Part shown: positions 38,023 to 48,125 of the stretch, one piece after another
Layout of the letters: every line of letters starts with the position of its first letter
Numbering within the stretch: position 1 is the stretch's first letter
IMG/VR virus record: IMGVR_UViG_3300027839_000007
Span: 21,546 to 85,545 of that record
Origin: a virus
Length of the DNA: 64,000 bases
Strand: one strand, 5' to 3'
Translations under genes and position numbers: made by a program
The notes under the pieces: model-generated
The model's input: only the letters and a program-made list of their open reading frames with translations
Told to the model about the DNA's origin: nothing
The model's database searches: none

Positions 38023-38173
38023 GTATAAGCACGAGCATGAGTATAAGGATGAATATGAGTTATCGGAGGAGTTGGATACGCGTATTCTCAAACTCATGTC
38101 TGAGAATGAGCAGCTAGAGGCTAAACTAGAGGACAGGAAAAGCCAGCTTCGCGATCTAACCGAGGACACATGA
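38015..38173 (+). CDS. Small coiled-coil protein (52 aa)
   Basis: Translated by hand: MNEYKHEHEYKDEYELSEELDTRILKLMSENEQLEAKLEDRKSQLRDLTEDT. Confidence 0.5.
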   Translation: MNEYKHEHEYKDEYELSEELDTRILKLMSENEQLEAKLEDRKSQLRDLTEDT

Positions 38174-38196
38174 CTCCGCGTGGCATGGAGGCCACC

Positions 38197-38652
38197 ATGA
38201 AGAAAATCATCTGTAGTGTGTTTGTTACTCTTTTAGCCGTTCCCATTGCCGCTTATTTGATCCCAGGCTTCGATCTCCGCGTTGGCACGTACAGTGTTAG
38301 TGACGGCGGATGGATCGTGGATGAAACAGGCCCGCGCCGACCAATCGCGAAGCCACACATACCATACCCTGATAGGGATGTTGGTCGCTTCCTGCTTGCC
38401 GCGGGTGAGTACGTGATTCTCAGCCACAATAGTGGTAAGTCGCTGCGCCTTCCCGGTGTCTTCCGTATTGACACCAAGACCGGGCAAGTCTTGAAGTACC
38501 ACGTGCTGTTCGGGTCCAAGGGGGAATTTCTGGAAGGCTGGGTACCTACGATTAACTCACGACCAGCGTTGGGTACTCCTAGTCCTCCCGCAAACAACTT
38601 CCTTATCAGGCCAAGACAGGGGGTAGCCCATGCCATTTCCGCAGTGCGGTAG
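38197..38652 (+). CDS. Exported/membrane-anchored hypothetical protein
   Basis: MKKIICSVFVTLLAV signal-like N-terminus; ATG after GGAGG. Confidence 0.6.
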   Translation: MKKIICSVFVTLLAVPIAAYLIPGFDLRVGTYSVSDGGWIVDETGPRRPIAKPHIPYPDRDVGRFLLAAGEYVILSHNSGKSLRLPGVFRIDTKTGQVLKYHVLFGSKGEFLEGWVPTINSRPALGTPSPPANNFLIRPRQGVAHAISAVR

Positions 38653-39091
38653 TAGGCGGTGTGTTGTTTGGGGATGCGTGGTTTTTCTCCTGGCGGCGGC
38701 GGTAGCTTATTTTTTCTGCCCCTGGTGTAAGCCTGCCGTTAAACCATGCTGTAAAGAACATGCGGCGGCGCACCAGCTATCCATGGATGCGGAAGCTATG
38801 GCGACGTTGAACTTGTCGGAGCCACCTGCTGATGAAGAGATGTCTGTAGAAGACGAGGTCGAGAACATCTACGTGTTGATCCAGCAAATCAATGCGCGAG
38901 AGTATACGATAATGGACACCATGATTCGTATTTTCCATTACATCAAGCCGCACAAGGGGCCAACACATGGTTGCCCTGAGTGCGCTGAAATTCATGATCG
39001 CACTAAAAATGTTGATACCGTGACGATTTCTCGTGATCAATGGAATAAGTTCAAGAGGTTAGAGGCGCTCGATAAGAAATCGATCAAATGA
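38630..39091 (+). CDS. Membrane-anchored Cys-rich hypothetical protein
   Basis: N-terminal TM helix; CPWC and CPEC motifs. Confidence 0.6.
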   Translation: MPFPQCGSRRCVVWGCVVFLLAAAVAYFFCPWCKPAVKPCCKEHAAAHQLSMDAEAMATLNLSEPPADEEMSVEDEVENIYVLIQQINAREYTIMDTMIRIFHYIKPHKGPTHGCPECAEIHDRTKNVDTVTISRDQWNKFKRLEALDKKSIK

Positions 39092-39357
39092 ATAAGCTTG
39101 TACCTGCGGCGCATATTTCGTTGGCCGTTCCAATCACGGGGCCGCCAAGCTATTTGGTATCAAGCGGAATCTTCACAGCGCGGGTAGGCGAGGTAACTAA
39201 GATGAGAAAGAAGTCAAAAGTGAGCACCATGACATTGGTGGCGCTCCTGTCGGCGCTCTCACTTATCTGGTGGCTGGGTGGATGGCAGGCTGCACTTTGG
39301 GCGGGTGGCATCGCTTTGTGCTGTATCCTGGCAGATTTTGTGTTGATAAAGGAATGA
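39088..39357 (+). CDS. Small membrane protein (start uncertain)
   Basis: Two hydrophobic segments in the C-terminal half. Confidence 0.45.
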   Translation: MNKLVPAAHISLAVPITGPPSYLVSSGIFTARVGEVTKMRKKSKVSTMTLVALLSALSLIWWLGGWQAALWAGGIALCCILADFVLIKE

Positions 39358-39361
39358 CACG

Positions 39362-39964
39362 GTGTTCAAAGTAGCTCCAATTCTTTTGATGATTATGGCA
39401 AGCGGCTGCGGCATGCTACCGGCAGTCGTTGGCTACAAAACAATGTCACTAGAGGCAGATTTGGTTGTGCGCGCACATGCGCATGCCGTGCTCTGGTTGG
39501 CATTGGCGCAGGAAGTCGATGAACCGACGCCAGATCCCAATGACAACCCAACTCTTTGCGATATATGCAAGGGGACTGGAAAAAGTGGTGACGGTCTTGG
39601 ACCCTGTCCTTGCGGTACCCGGTGCCGCTGCGCGGATGCAGAGTCAAATCTGCCCCCGCGCGAGCGCCGGGTACTTTTTTTCTATCAGGACGATTGCGAA
39701 GCTTGTGATGAAGCCAAGGCAGGTTTACTTCCACTGTTTAAGGGGAAGTCATTGAGCGTAGGGCCCGGATCACACAATCACGTACAAATGCTGCGGTACC
39801 AGGACCACCCTGATATTGTGGCTTCCTACAAAATCAAGCTGCTCCCAACCTTCGTGGTCATCCGAAAAAAGAAGGAGCAGAAACGTTGGTCCGGCACGTG
39901 GGCTGGCGATGAGCTTGACGAACTCATTGAAAGGCTCGATAAGTATCTCAAACATGATGACTAG
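39362..39964 (+). CDS. Thioredoxin-fold putative lipoprotein with Zn-finger-like segment
   Basis: Lipobox ASGC; CDICKGTG..CPC; LFFYQDDCEAC..YKIKLLPTFVV. Confidence 0.7.
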   Translation: MFKVAPILLMIMASGCGMLPAVVGYKTMSLEADLVVRAHAHAVLWLALAQEVDEPTPDPNDNPTLCDICKGTGKSGDGLGPCPCGTRCRCADAESNLPPRERRVLFFYQDDCEACDEAKAGLLPLFKGKSLSVGPGSHNHVQMLRYQDHPDIVASYKIKLLPTFVVIRKKKEQKRWSGTWAGDELDELIERLDKYLKHDD

Positions 39965-39975
39965 CGAGGGTTACC

Positions 39976-40320
39976 ATGCCAGAACCAATTGAGCAACCGG
40001 CAGAGCTTGGACCAAGTTTTCCACCCCTGGAAGGTGCGCGCGAGACTATTGTTGATATTATTGAAAAGCTCACTGCAATACTCATCGAACCTGATGGGCT
40101 ACAGGTGGGCAGGTTTGTCAAAGTTCAGGGATCGCACGGGTTGGTGCTACGTATTGAGCCATATGGTGATGGGCTGGTCATTGGGATTGAGGAACCGCGA
40201 CCGCGCGTTAACGTAGCAGGGTGGTTGAAGGGGCACCTGTCGCAGGTTAAGCTGACCCCACTCGAAATCATTGTCGTGTTGGATGGCCTCCCTGATTTGA
40301 AAATTGAAGTCATTTCTTGA
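39976..40320 (+). CDS. Hypothetical protein
   Basis: 114 aa ORF with RBS. Confidence 0.6.
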   Translation: MPEPIEQPAELGPSFPPLEGARETIVDIIEKLTAILIEPDGLQVGRFVKVQGSHGLVLRIEPYGDGLVIGIEEPRPRVNVAGWLKGHLSQVKLTPLEIIVVLDGLPDLKIEVIS

Positions 40321-40765
40321 GGAGAAGATCATGCGTAGGGCACCGCACGGGACAGCGTTGGGTTCCATCCAGTTTTGGGTGTGCCGTGAACTGAAGTACA
40401 CCGGAAAAAAAGCTGAGCGCGCCAAGTCAGCTACGCATTACGCCATGTCCTGGTGGCATACTCGCAGTGACACGTACCTGGATACCGTCGATACCGACGT
40501 GGCAAAGCGAGCGTGCAAGAGATATGTCAAGAAGCAGATGATTGCACCCGTTGGTTTTTTTGTTGGCATTTTTCTGGCTATCTTCGTGCAGGTTATTGTA
40601 AGTGCTGTGGTACGTATTATCCTGGAGTGGGTTTTCAACGATCGAACAGCACGTGAGATGTTGAAAGAAAAAGAACAGTACAAGTACATTCGCAGCCTGG
40701 CGCGCCAGTTACATGATGATGAGTCTTTGGCTGTGCATGCTTTGGACCTGCCTGAGGGTAGTTAG
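40304..40765 (+). CDS. Membrane protein
   Basis: Central TM helix VGFFVGIFLAIFVQVIVSAVV. Confidence 0.6.
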   Translation: MKSFLEEKIMRRAPHGTALGSIQFWVCRELKYTGKKAERAKSATHYAMSWWHTRSDTYLDTVDTDVAKRACKRYVKKQMIAPVGFFVGIFLAIFVQVIVSAVVRIILEWVFNDRTAREMLKEKEQYKYIRSLARQLHDDESLAVHALDLPEGS

Positions 40766-40830
40766 ACGGCTACCCTGTCCTGGTGCTGTTGTGCTAAACT
40801 TGGGCAATCCTGGTTACGGAGCGTGTGTAG

Positions 40831-41262
40831 ATGCCTGACAAGACTTTTCGCTTCAAACGTCCCCGTAAGATTGGTAAGCGCTATCAGTACCAGGACCTCA
40901 CGTTCTGGGCAAAAAACGGGTTTATCTACGTCGAGGACAGGGCCGACAACAGTTTCCACACGATTTCTCGTCGTGACTGGTTGGTGAGAGCTAACGCATT
41001 TGTGAAAGAGATCAGCAAGATCGGGGGCATCACGAGTAACGCGGACAACGTTTTTCAGAAGCAAACGTTTCTCGCAGAGCGGGAAGCGTTGCAGGGACTC
41101 GTTGATGCTATGATCGACGTGGCGCGACGCGCTAAGCGCCAAGGTGATCCGACCAACCCCAAGGTGTTGAGCGAAGTTTTACGGCACACTAGTAAGCACG
41201 CTCATGTTTTCATGGGTGGCCATGGTATCAGCAGTGGAATAGGAGTCGCAAATGGCGCTTAA
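40831..41262 (+). CDS. Hypothetical protein
   Basis: 143 aa ORF; upstream TGcTAAACT extended -10-like element at 40792-40800. Confidence 0.65.
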   Translation: MPDKTFRFKRPRKIGKRYQYQDLTFWAKNGFIYVEDRADNSFHTISRRDWLVRANAFVKEISKIGGITSNADNVFQKQTFLAEREALQGLVDAMIDVARRAKRQGDPTNPKVLSEVLRHTSKHAHVFMGGHGISSGIGVANGA

Positions 41263-41656
41263 CCCACGACAGGCGTTTAAGGCTGGCTTCTTGTTGCGTT
41301 GTGCCGAGGAAGGCGTTGCCGACACGGAAATGCAGGACCGTTTACAGTTGGCTGAGAAGCGGGCGGAGGGCGGCGTGCTGTCTACCCTTACGAACTGGGC
41401 TATGCTGCTTCCGCTTTTGGCAACAGGGGCGGGCGCGACGGGCGGTTACTACATGGGTAAAGCATTGGCTGACGCGCGTAATGAGACAATTCCTGCCAAG
41501 CTGCCCGGAGAAAACGTGCCGGAGAATATCAAGCGGCGGCAGCATGCAGAGCTACTGGCTGCGTACAAAGACTACACTGAGCTGGTTAATCGCAGAGCTA
41601 AGGATATTCGTCGTCGACAAGATGATGAAAAAGGGCGTAAACCGGCTTACTTCTAG
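41252..41656 (+). CDS. Putative virion protein
   Basis: AFKAGFLLRCAEEG..EKRA, then a Gly-rich hydrophobic helix. Confidence 0.6.
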   Translation: MALNPRQAFKAGFLLRCAEEGVADTEMQDRLQLAEKRAEGGVLSTLTNWAMLLPLLATGAGATGGYYMGKALADARNETIPAKLPGENVPENIKRRQHAELLAAYKDYTELVNRRAKDIRRRQDDEKGRKPAYF

Positions 41657-41665
41657 GAGTGACTT

Positions 41666-42031
41666 TTGAGTATTTTGAAGTATTTCGAGGAGCGCGGCGG
41701 AGAGTCTACTGAACATGGAGGTCCGCTGCACTGGCCCGGGACAATTGAAGGTTTTCCGTTTCGCGGGGGCGCTGTACCGGATTTCAAGGAAGACGAAATC
41801 GACAACGTTCCGTTGATGGTCGATTTTCATGTGAAGATTTTTGAGTTGTGGAAAGACGAGGATCGCGAAGCTTACGTGCAGATTCGTGACCGCGTGGCAA
41901 ATCAGTGGTACCAGGTAGTGCACATCGATCGCAAATACGACGACGAGCACAAAAACTGGCGCGTGTACATGGAGTGGCATCAGATCTATGGAGAGATTAC
42001 CGATGGCAAGGCCCCTGGTGTCCCTAAGTGA
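41666..42031 (+). CDS. Hypothetical protein
   Basis: 121 aa ORF; AGGAG RBS. Confidence 0.65.
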   Translation: MSILKYFEERGGESTEHGGPLHWPGTIEGFPFRGGAVPDFKEDEIDNVPLMVDFHVKIFELWKDEDREAYVQIRDRVANQWYQVVHIDRKYDDEHKNWRVYMEWHQIYGEITDGKAPGVPK

Positions 42032-42896
42032 GAAGCGCGCGGATACGCCGGAAGAAGTGCGCGCACAGACTATGCGCAGCCTGCTTGGTGCCAGTCTTGG
42101 TGGACTTGGAGCGGGCGTATTAGGTGGCGGGCTTTGGCATCTTATCCGTGACTACTTGCGGGGAGAGTCTCCAGAGAGACGTGCGCCTACTCTACAGTTA
42201 TCTTCACTACGTAGTGTTGCTCCTGATGCAGAAGAAGAAGACGAAGAAGAGCTGAGTGAAGAGCTGAGTGAAGCGCTGGGTCAAGAGCGTCCCGTAGAAT
42301 ATGCTAAGGCTGCTGGCTTTTTGCAGCCATACACCCCAACGTCAATGGATGATGTGACTTGGGAACCTGCAGCATACATTGCGGCAGCGGGGTTGAGCGC
42401 TGGTGCTGGGTGGGAACTTATTAGCTGGTTGCGTAAGCGTGCATTGAAAGTCAAACGTGAGCAAGAGTTGACTGCTGCACGTGAAGAATATGAGGCGGCA
42501 CTTCGTGATCAATTTGGTACGAAGGAAGGCGCGGCTACGAAATATGCGTCGCTTGATAATCTGTACGACGCGGTTAGCGTGCATCTCACGGAGAAGTCAG
42601 CTAGGGGTCGATTAACGGGGTACACTGCAACCCCTGGATCAGGCATTGCGAAGGACGTGTTGACATCAATAAAGGACGTGATCTTTAGTCCGGCAGTCTC
42701 GCGTGATTACTGGAAATATGCCGTCGTCACACCCGCGCTGCTGGCAGCGCTAGGATTTGGATATTCTGGATATGCATCACAACGTGATCGCAGTAAGGAG
42801 AAGGCGTTAACCGAAGCATTGCGTCGCCGCGAGATTGAGTTGCGTGCACGTAAGCCTGTGCCGCTTCGTGCTGTCGACGCCGCTGAGGAAGAGTAG
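42003..42896 (+). CDS. Putative virion protein with glycine-zipper helices
   Basis: EKRA, AKAA, TKYA, EKSA; three Gly/Ala-rich hydrophobic helices. Confidence 0.6.
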   Translation: MARPLVSLSEKRADTPEEVRAQTMRSLLGASLGGLGAGVLGGGLWHLIRDYLRGESPERRAPTLQLSSLRSVAPDAEEEDEEELSEELSEALGQERPVEYAKAAGFLQPYTPTSMDDVTWEPAAYIAAAGLSAGAGWELISWLRKRALKVKREQELTAAREEYEAALRDQFGTKEGAATKYASLDNLYDAVSVHLTEKSARGRLTGYTATPGSGIAKDVLTSIKDVIFSPAVSRDYWKYAVVTPALLAALGFGYSGYASQRDRSKEKALTEALRRREIELRARKPVPLRAVDAAEEE

Positions 42897-42897
42897 C

Positions 42898-45800
42898 ATG
42901 CCAAGCGTTTCCCGTGCGCCGTCTGTATTAGCTGATTTGCCTTTGATCAAATCAACGGCACTGACGCCACCTAGCGATAGGCGGAATTTTGGCGATGCAG
43001 TGGCTACGCGAAACAACATTTTTCGCAACGCGCTCGATGCCGCGCAACTGCTGGAGCCGGTAACAAACGACAAGTACACGCTGAACTTGTCCGATGTCCG
43101 TTATGAGGATCCTGACAAGCACCCACTCTCGGCGCAGAAACAGGCCGTGCTTGAGGGTAGATCCATCGGACGCCGCCTTCGCGGTACGTGGAATTTGATC
43201 GATAATCTGACCAAGAAGCCCGTGAGTACTAGCCGTACCACGCTGGCAACGATTCCGTACATGACATCACGCGGTACATTCATTAACAAGGGAAACGAGT
43301 ACACCGTTTCACACCAGATGCGCCTCAAGTCAGGTGTGTACACCAGGGAAAAGGAAAACGGCGAACTGGAAGCGCACGTTAACGTGATGCCTGGGAAAGG
43401 TGTATCTCATCGTCTCTACCTGGATCCGAAGACGGGTGTATTTCGTTTTCAGGTTGGCCAGGCACGTATCCCGTTGATCTCTGTTATGCGCGCCATGGGG
43501 GCGAAGGATAAGCAGATTCGAGATGCGTGGGGAAATGATCTGACTGCGGCGAACATGCAGAAGGCTAACCCATCAGATTTGGCCAAGCTCTACCAGCGCT
43601 TGGTGCGCGGAGGGGTTGAAGAGGGCGCATCCGCACGATCGCAGGCAGTCGCTCAAGCCATGGCACGCATGGAGCTCGACCCCAAGGTAACCAAACGTAC
43701 GCTGGGCAAAGAATTCAAGAACGTGTCATTGGATAGTATTCTGGCGACCACTCGTAAGTTGTTATCTGTGCGACATCGTAATGATGCCAAGCAGTTGGCC
43801 ACGCTGGGCCTGGAGTCGCAGGATCCCGACGATCGTGACTCTTTGGCGTATATGCGTTTGCTTGGTCCCGAGGATATTATCTCGGAGCGGATAGGCAGGT
43901 CGGCGGGACTGCTGCGGCAGCTTTTGTGGAAAGCTACTCCGCGCGGTAATGTGGACAATATTTATCCCGGTGTGTTTGACAAGGCTGTGCAGGCTGCTTT
44001 GTTGAGTAGCGGTCTCGGTAATCTCTCCGAGTCCATTAATCCGATTCAGCTGTACGAACAACAGATCCGTGTCACCAGGATGGGCGAAGGCGGTATCCCC
44101 GGAATTGATTCCATTCCGGAGACTTCCCGGAACGTGCAGTCGTCTCATTTTGGGTTCATCGACCCACTGCTTACGCCAGAGTCTGGTCGCGCAGGTGTCG
44201 ACCTCAGGCTAGCGCGTAAGACCATGAAGGGTGCTAACGGTAATATTTACACCCAGGTGCGTGCACGTACGGGCAAGCTTGTCTGGAAATCTCCCGAAGA
44301 GCTGGCGGATGCCGTGGTTGCATTCCCCGGCGAGCTACGGCGCGGCGGGCGGAATGTTGCAGCCATGACTGACGGACGAACCAGGTTTGTTCCGCGGAAG
44401 TCAGTGGAGTATGAATTACCCCACTTCGAAAATGCGATGTCAGTTCTTGCGAACATGGTCCCGATGAAATCTGCCATGAAGGGGCAGCGGGTAGCTATGG
44501 CTGCGCGAATGCTGACGCAGGCACTTCCCTTGGACAATCGTGAAGCACCCCTGGTGCAATCAGGATCTCCGGATGAAGGTGGCTCATTCGAGAACCTGTA
44601 TGGCACCAAGCTTGGCGCGCTGCGTGCACATAACTCCGGGCGCGTGACACGGGTCACCAAGGATGCATTACACGTACAGTATGCTGATGGGGAAAAAGAT
44701 CGGATCGAGTTGTACAACAACTTCCCATTCAATCGTAAGACCTATTACCACCAGACTCCGGTGGTACGGGCTGGCGACGTGTTCAAGCAGGGCGAGCTGC
44801 TGGCCCGCTCAAATTACACCAATGACCAGGGTGATGCGGCACTCGGATTGAACACCCGCGTGATGTACATCCCGTTCCGTGGTTTGAACTTTGAAGACGC
44901 CGTGGTGGTCAGTGACTCTTACGCAAAACGGTTGTCTTCCCAGCACATGTACCAGCACAAAGTAGATCTAGACAAGGACAAGGATAGGCTGGGCAAGCAG
45001 ACGTTTATCAGCTTATTCCCCAACGAGTATAAGCGAGAACGCTTGGAAGGCATTGATAAAGATGGCGTCGCAACAATCGGAAGCACAGTCGAATACGGTG
45101 ATCCCCTGGTACTTGTTACGCGAAGACAAGAGCGGACATCCAATCAGGTCCATCGTGGTCGAAGACCGACGTATAACAACGCCGCAGTCGTTTGGAAACA
45201 CCACTCACAAGGAGTCGTTACTGACATTGGACGGGCTGACGGGCGAGTAGTGGTGTCAGTCAAGACGGCAGTGCCTGCCAAGCTGGGTGATAAGTTGAGC
45301 GGGCGGTACGGTGACAAGGGTGTCATTTCAGAAGTCATTCCCGACGATGAGATGCCTCGTGATGAAGAGGGACGTCCCGCGGAGTTGCTCTTGAATCCAC
45401 TTGGAATCATCTCTCGCGGTAACCCGGCGCAGGTTATTGAAGCCGCGCTGGGTAAGATTGCCAGCAAAACCGGGAAGCCTTATAAGATCGTTGACTTCGA
45501 AGAGATCAAGGATCTCACCGAGTTCGCAATTAAAGAACTGGATCGGCATGGCATCAGCGACCTGGAGACCGTGGTCGATCCAACGAATGAGCGCCGTATT
45601 CCTGGAGTATTGTCTGGTAATCGTTTCATCATGAAACTGCACCACACAGCTGAGTCCAAGGGCCAAGGCCGGAGTATTGGCAGTTACACGATGGAAGGTA
45701 TGCCCGCGAAAGGTGGCGAAGAAGGCTCGAAGCGAATCGGAATGCTTGATCTTAACGCGTTGCTTTCTCACGGGGCTACTGAGGTCATTCGTGATGCGCA

Positions 45801-47340
45801 TATGATTCGTGGGCAACGTAACCCGCAATTCTGGTCGGCCTACATGTCCGGGTACAAGCCAGCTGCCCCGAAGGTTCCGTTTGTCTACGAGAAATTTGTT
45901 CAACAGCTTCGCGCATCTGGTGTCAATCCGGTTCGTACTGGTCATCGTGTAAACGTCATGGCTTTGACGGACAAGGACATTGACAAGTTAGCCGGTAATC
46001 GTGAGTTGGAGAATCGTGACACCGTTGATTGGAAGGAAGGGCTGAAACCGCGCAAGGGAGGCCTCTTCGATGAACGCTTGACCGGTGGGCACAGCGGATC
46101 ACGCTGGAGCTATATCAGGTTGGCAGAGCCGATGCCTAACCCTGTCATGGAAGAGCCTGCTCGCGTGGTGCTCGGATTGACCAAGCCAGCTTTCATGAAA
46201 GTCTTGCGCGGAGAGGAAGAAATCAATGGAGTCACGGGACCGCAAGCGATCGGCCGCGCGCTGGATTCGATCAACATTAAACGAGAGATTGACCGCGCGC
46301 GGGCTGACATCAAGTCAGGCCGAAAAGCAGCGCGCAACAATGCTGTTAAGAAGCTGAGTTATCTGCGTGCAGCTGAGCGCATGAAGTTGCATCCGCGTGA
46401 CTGGATGCTGACCAAGGTTCCCGTGCTTCCTCCCGCGTTTCGGCCCGTGTCACTTATGAAGGGGTCAGGTACTCCGCTGGTAGCTGATCCCAACTACCTT
46501 TATAGGGAGTTGTTTGACGCCAATGTCAACTTACAGAAGATGCAGCAGCGGGTGTCAGATGTTGGGCATGAGCGAGAATCACTGTACACCGCATTCAAGG
46601 CTGTTACTGGCCTGGGCGATCCACTGAGCGCTGAGTTACAGGACAAGAAGGTACGAGGTATACTGTCACACGTGTTTGGAAAATCTCCCAAGTACGGTGT
46701 TGTGCAAAGACGTTTGCTGGGCGCGACCACGGATATTGTCGGCAGGGCTGCCATCACACCAAACCCGAACCTGAACATGGATGAGGTGGGTTTGCCAGAA
46801 GATAAAGCGTGGGAGGTTTACCGTCCCTTTACCGTACGATATATGGTTAGACGCGGTATGCCGCGGTTGCTTGCCGCGCGTGCTGTGCAAGAAAGATCTG
46901 AGAAGGCACGGGATGCGTTGCTGGCTGTCATGAAGGATAGGCCGGTTGTGATTAATCGTGCGCCAGTTTTGCATAGGTATGGGATGATGGCCGCCTTTCC
47001 GCGTATTGTGAAAGGTGATACCATGCAAATTAGTCCCCTGGTAGTCGGCGGATTTGGCGCTGACTTCGACGGGGACACAATGCAGTACCATGTACCCGTT
47101 TCTGATGAGGCGCGCGAGGAGGCAGTGGACAAAATGCTGCCTTCGCGTAACCTTCTATCAGCGGCTGATTTCAATGTTCACTATAAGCCTTCCCAAGAGT
47201 ATGTCGGGGGGCTTCATTCTGCATCAACACGTGTTGACGACAAAACTCCATCACGTACGTTCGCAACCAAGGAAGATGCCATCCGGGCGTACCGACGTGG
47301 CGAAATCGGTGTTGGCCAGCGTGTCATGGTCCTTGAATAA
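42898..47340 (+). CDS. DNA-directed RNA polymerase, beta subunit fused to the N-terminal (catalytic) half of beta'
   Basis: Beta motifs IPYMTSRGTF, HFGFIDPLLTPES, GLNFEDAVVVS, GDKLSGRYGDKGVIS, LNPLGIISRGN, MKLHH. Beta' motifs GGLFDE, VPVLPPAFRP, RRLLG..GR, NRAPVLHR, GADFDGDTM. Confidence 0.95.
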   Translation: MPSVSRAPSVLADLPLIKSTALTPPSDRRNFGDAVATRNNIFRNALDAAQLLEPVTNDKYTLNLSDVRYEDPDKHPLSAQKQAVLEGRSIGRRLRGTWNLIDNLTKKPVSTSRTTLATIPYMTSRGTFINKGNEYTVSHQMRLKSGVYTREKENGELEAHVNVMPGKGVSHRLYLDPKTGVFRFQVGQARIPLISVMRAMGAKDKQIRDAWGNDLTAANMQKANPSDLAKLYQRLVRGGVEEGASARSQAVAQAMARMELDPKVTKRTLGKEFKNVSLDSILATTRKLLSVRHRNDAKQLATLGLESQDPDDRDSLAYMRLLGPEDIISERIGRSAGLLRQLLWKATPRGNVDNIYPGVFDKAVQAALLSSGLGNLSESINPIQLYEQQIRVTRMGEGGIPGIDSIPETSRNVQSSHFGFIDPLLTPESGRAGVDLRLARKTMKGANGNIYTQVRARTGKLVWKSPEELADAVVAFPGELRRGGRNVAAMTDGRTRFVPRKSVEYELPHFENAMSVLANMVPMKSAMKGQRVAMAARMLTQALPLDNREAPLVQSGSPDEGGSFENLYGTKLGALRAHNSGRVTRVTKDALHVQYADGEKDRIELYNNFPFNRKTYYHQTPVVRAGDVFKQGELLARSNYTNDQGDAALGLNTRVMYIPFRGLNFEDAVVVSDSYAKRLSSQHMYQHKVDLDKDKDRLGKQTFISLFPNEYKRERLEGIDKDGVATIGSTVEYGDPLVLVTRRQERTSNQVHRGRRPTYNNAAVVWKHHSQGVVTDIGRADGRVVVSVKTAVPAKLGDKLSGRYGDKGVISEVIPDDEMPRDEEGRPAELLLNPLGIISRGNPAQVIEAALGKIASKTGKPYKIVDFEEIKDLTEFAIKELDRHGISDLETVVDPTNERRIPGVLSGNRFIMKLHHTAESKGQGRSIGSYTMEGMPAKGGEEGSKRIGMLDLNALLSHGATEVIRDAHMIRGQRNPQFWSAYMSGYKPAAPKVPFVYEKFVQQLRASGVNPVRTGHRVNVMALTDKDIDKLAGNRELENRDTVDWKEGLKPRKGGLFDERLTGGHSGSRWSYIRLAEPMPNPVMEEPARVVLGLTKPAFMKVLRGEEEINGVTGPQAIGRALDSINIKREIDRARADIKSGRKAARNNAVKKLSYLRAAERMKLHPRDWMLTKVPVLPPAFRPVSLMKGSGTPLVADPNYLYRELFDANVNLQKMQQRVSDVGHERESLYTAFKAVTGLGDPLSAELQDKKVRGILSHVFGKSPKYGVVQRRLLGATTDIVGRAAITPNPNLNMDEVGLPEDKAWEVYRPFTVRYMVRRGMPRLLAARAVQERSEKARDALLAVMKDRPVVINRAPVLHRYGMMAAFPRIVKGDTMQISPLVVGGFGADFDGDTMQYHVPVSDEAREEAVDKMLPSRNLLSAADFNVHYKPSQEYVGGLHSASTRVDDKTPSRTFATKEDAIRAYRRGEIGVGQRVMVLE

Positions 47341-47354
47341 CCTGGAGTAGACAA

Positions 47355-48125
47355 ATGGGCATCAATCCCGAATTGCTTAAGCTTGCTGCGTGGCGCTTGG
47401 ACCAGGACATGGAAAAGGATGCCGTGGTTCCGGCCCCGCCCGCAGGAGGTGCTCCTCCAATGGACCCGATGGCGGCTGGCGGCGCCCCTCCTCCCATGGA
47501 TCCGGCAATGATGGGCGGCGGCGGCATGCCTCCCATGGATCCGGCAATGATGGGCGGCGGCATGCCTCCTATGGATCCGTCAATGATGGGCGGCATGCCT
47601 CCCATGGATCCGGCAATGATGGGCGGCGCTGCGCCAATTGATGCGGACCAGATTCGTTCCATTATTCAAGAAGAACTGGCAGTATCTGGCGGCAAAGGTG
47701 GTTCCGGTAGTGGCGGCGGTACCAAAAAGTTTGATCCGGAACAATTGAACCGACAACTGCACACGATGAACAAGTTTCTCTCGTCTATCGCTAATGCGCT
47801 TGGCGTAGAGCTACCGCCTGAAGCGTTGCTTGAGCCACCGCCGGGAGAAGAGCAGGACCAAGCGGCCGCGCCGGAAGCGGCTGCGCCTCCTGCTGGTGGT
47901 GGAATGCCCGGCTTGTCAGGTGATGTGTACGCCGGAGCAGTTGATCCATCAGGTGGATCAGCCATCGACCCTATTCAGCCGGTTGACCCCGCTATGCCGA
48001 AAACTGCTGGGAGCATTGTTCCTAACAACTCGGTTGGACGCCCGGTGCGTAAGATTACCCCGGAGACGCTTCTGCAAAAGACCGCAGCGATTGCTGCGAT
48101 GGCACGACAACTGAACGCACGCTAA
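47355..48125 (+). CDS. Low-complexity putative virion protein with PPMDPAMMGG repeats
   Basis: Repeats at about 47455-47628; LKLAA, EKDA, PKTA, QKTAA motifs. Confidence 0.65.
   Translation: MGINPELLKLAAWRLDQDMEKDAVVPAPPAGGAPPMDPMAAGGAPPPMDPAMMGGGGMPPMDPAMMGGGMPPMDPSMMGGMPPMDPAMMGGAAPIDADQIRSIIQEELAVSGGKGGSGSGGGTKKFDPEQLNRQLHTMNKFLSSIANALGVELPPEALLEPPPGEEQDQAAAPEAAAPPAGGGMPGLSGDVYAGAVDPSGGSAIDPIQPVDPAMPKTAGSIVPNNSVGRPVRKITPETLLQKTAAIAAMARQLNAR

Noticed and set aside
46224-46237. CAATG-GAGTCACGG in the RNAP gene resembles array spacer GAGTCACG next to part of the reverse complement of TGTCATTG
   Set aside because: The second half matches only 5 of 8 nt with the wrong spacing, and 8-9-mers recur by chance in 64 kb. 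Not accepted as a self-target.
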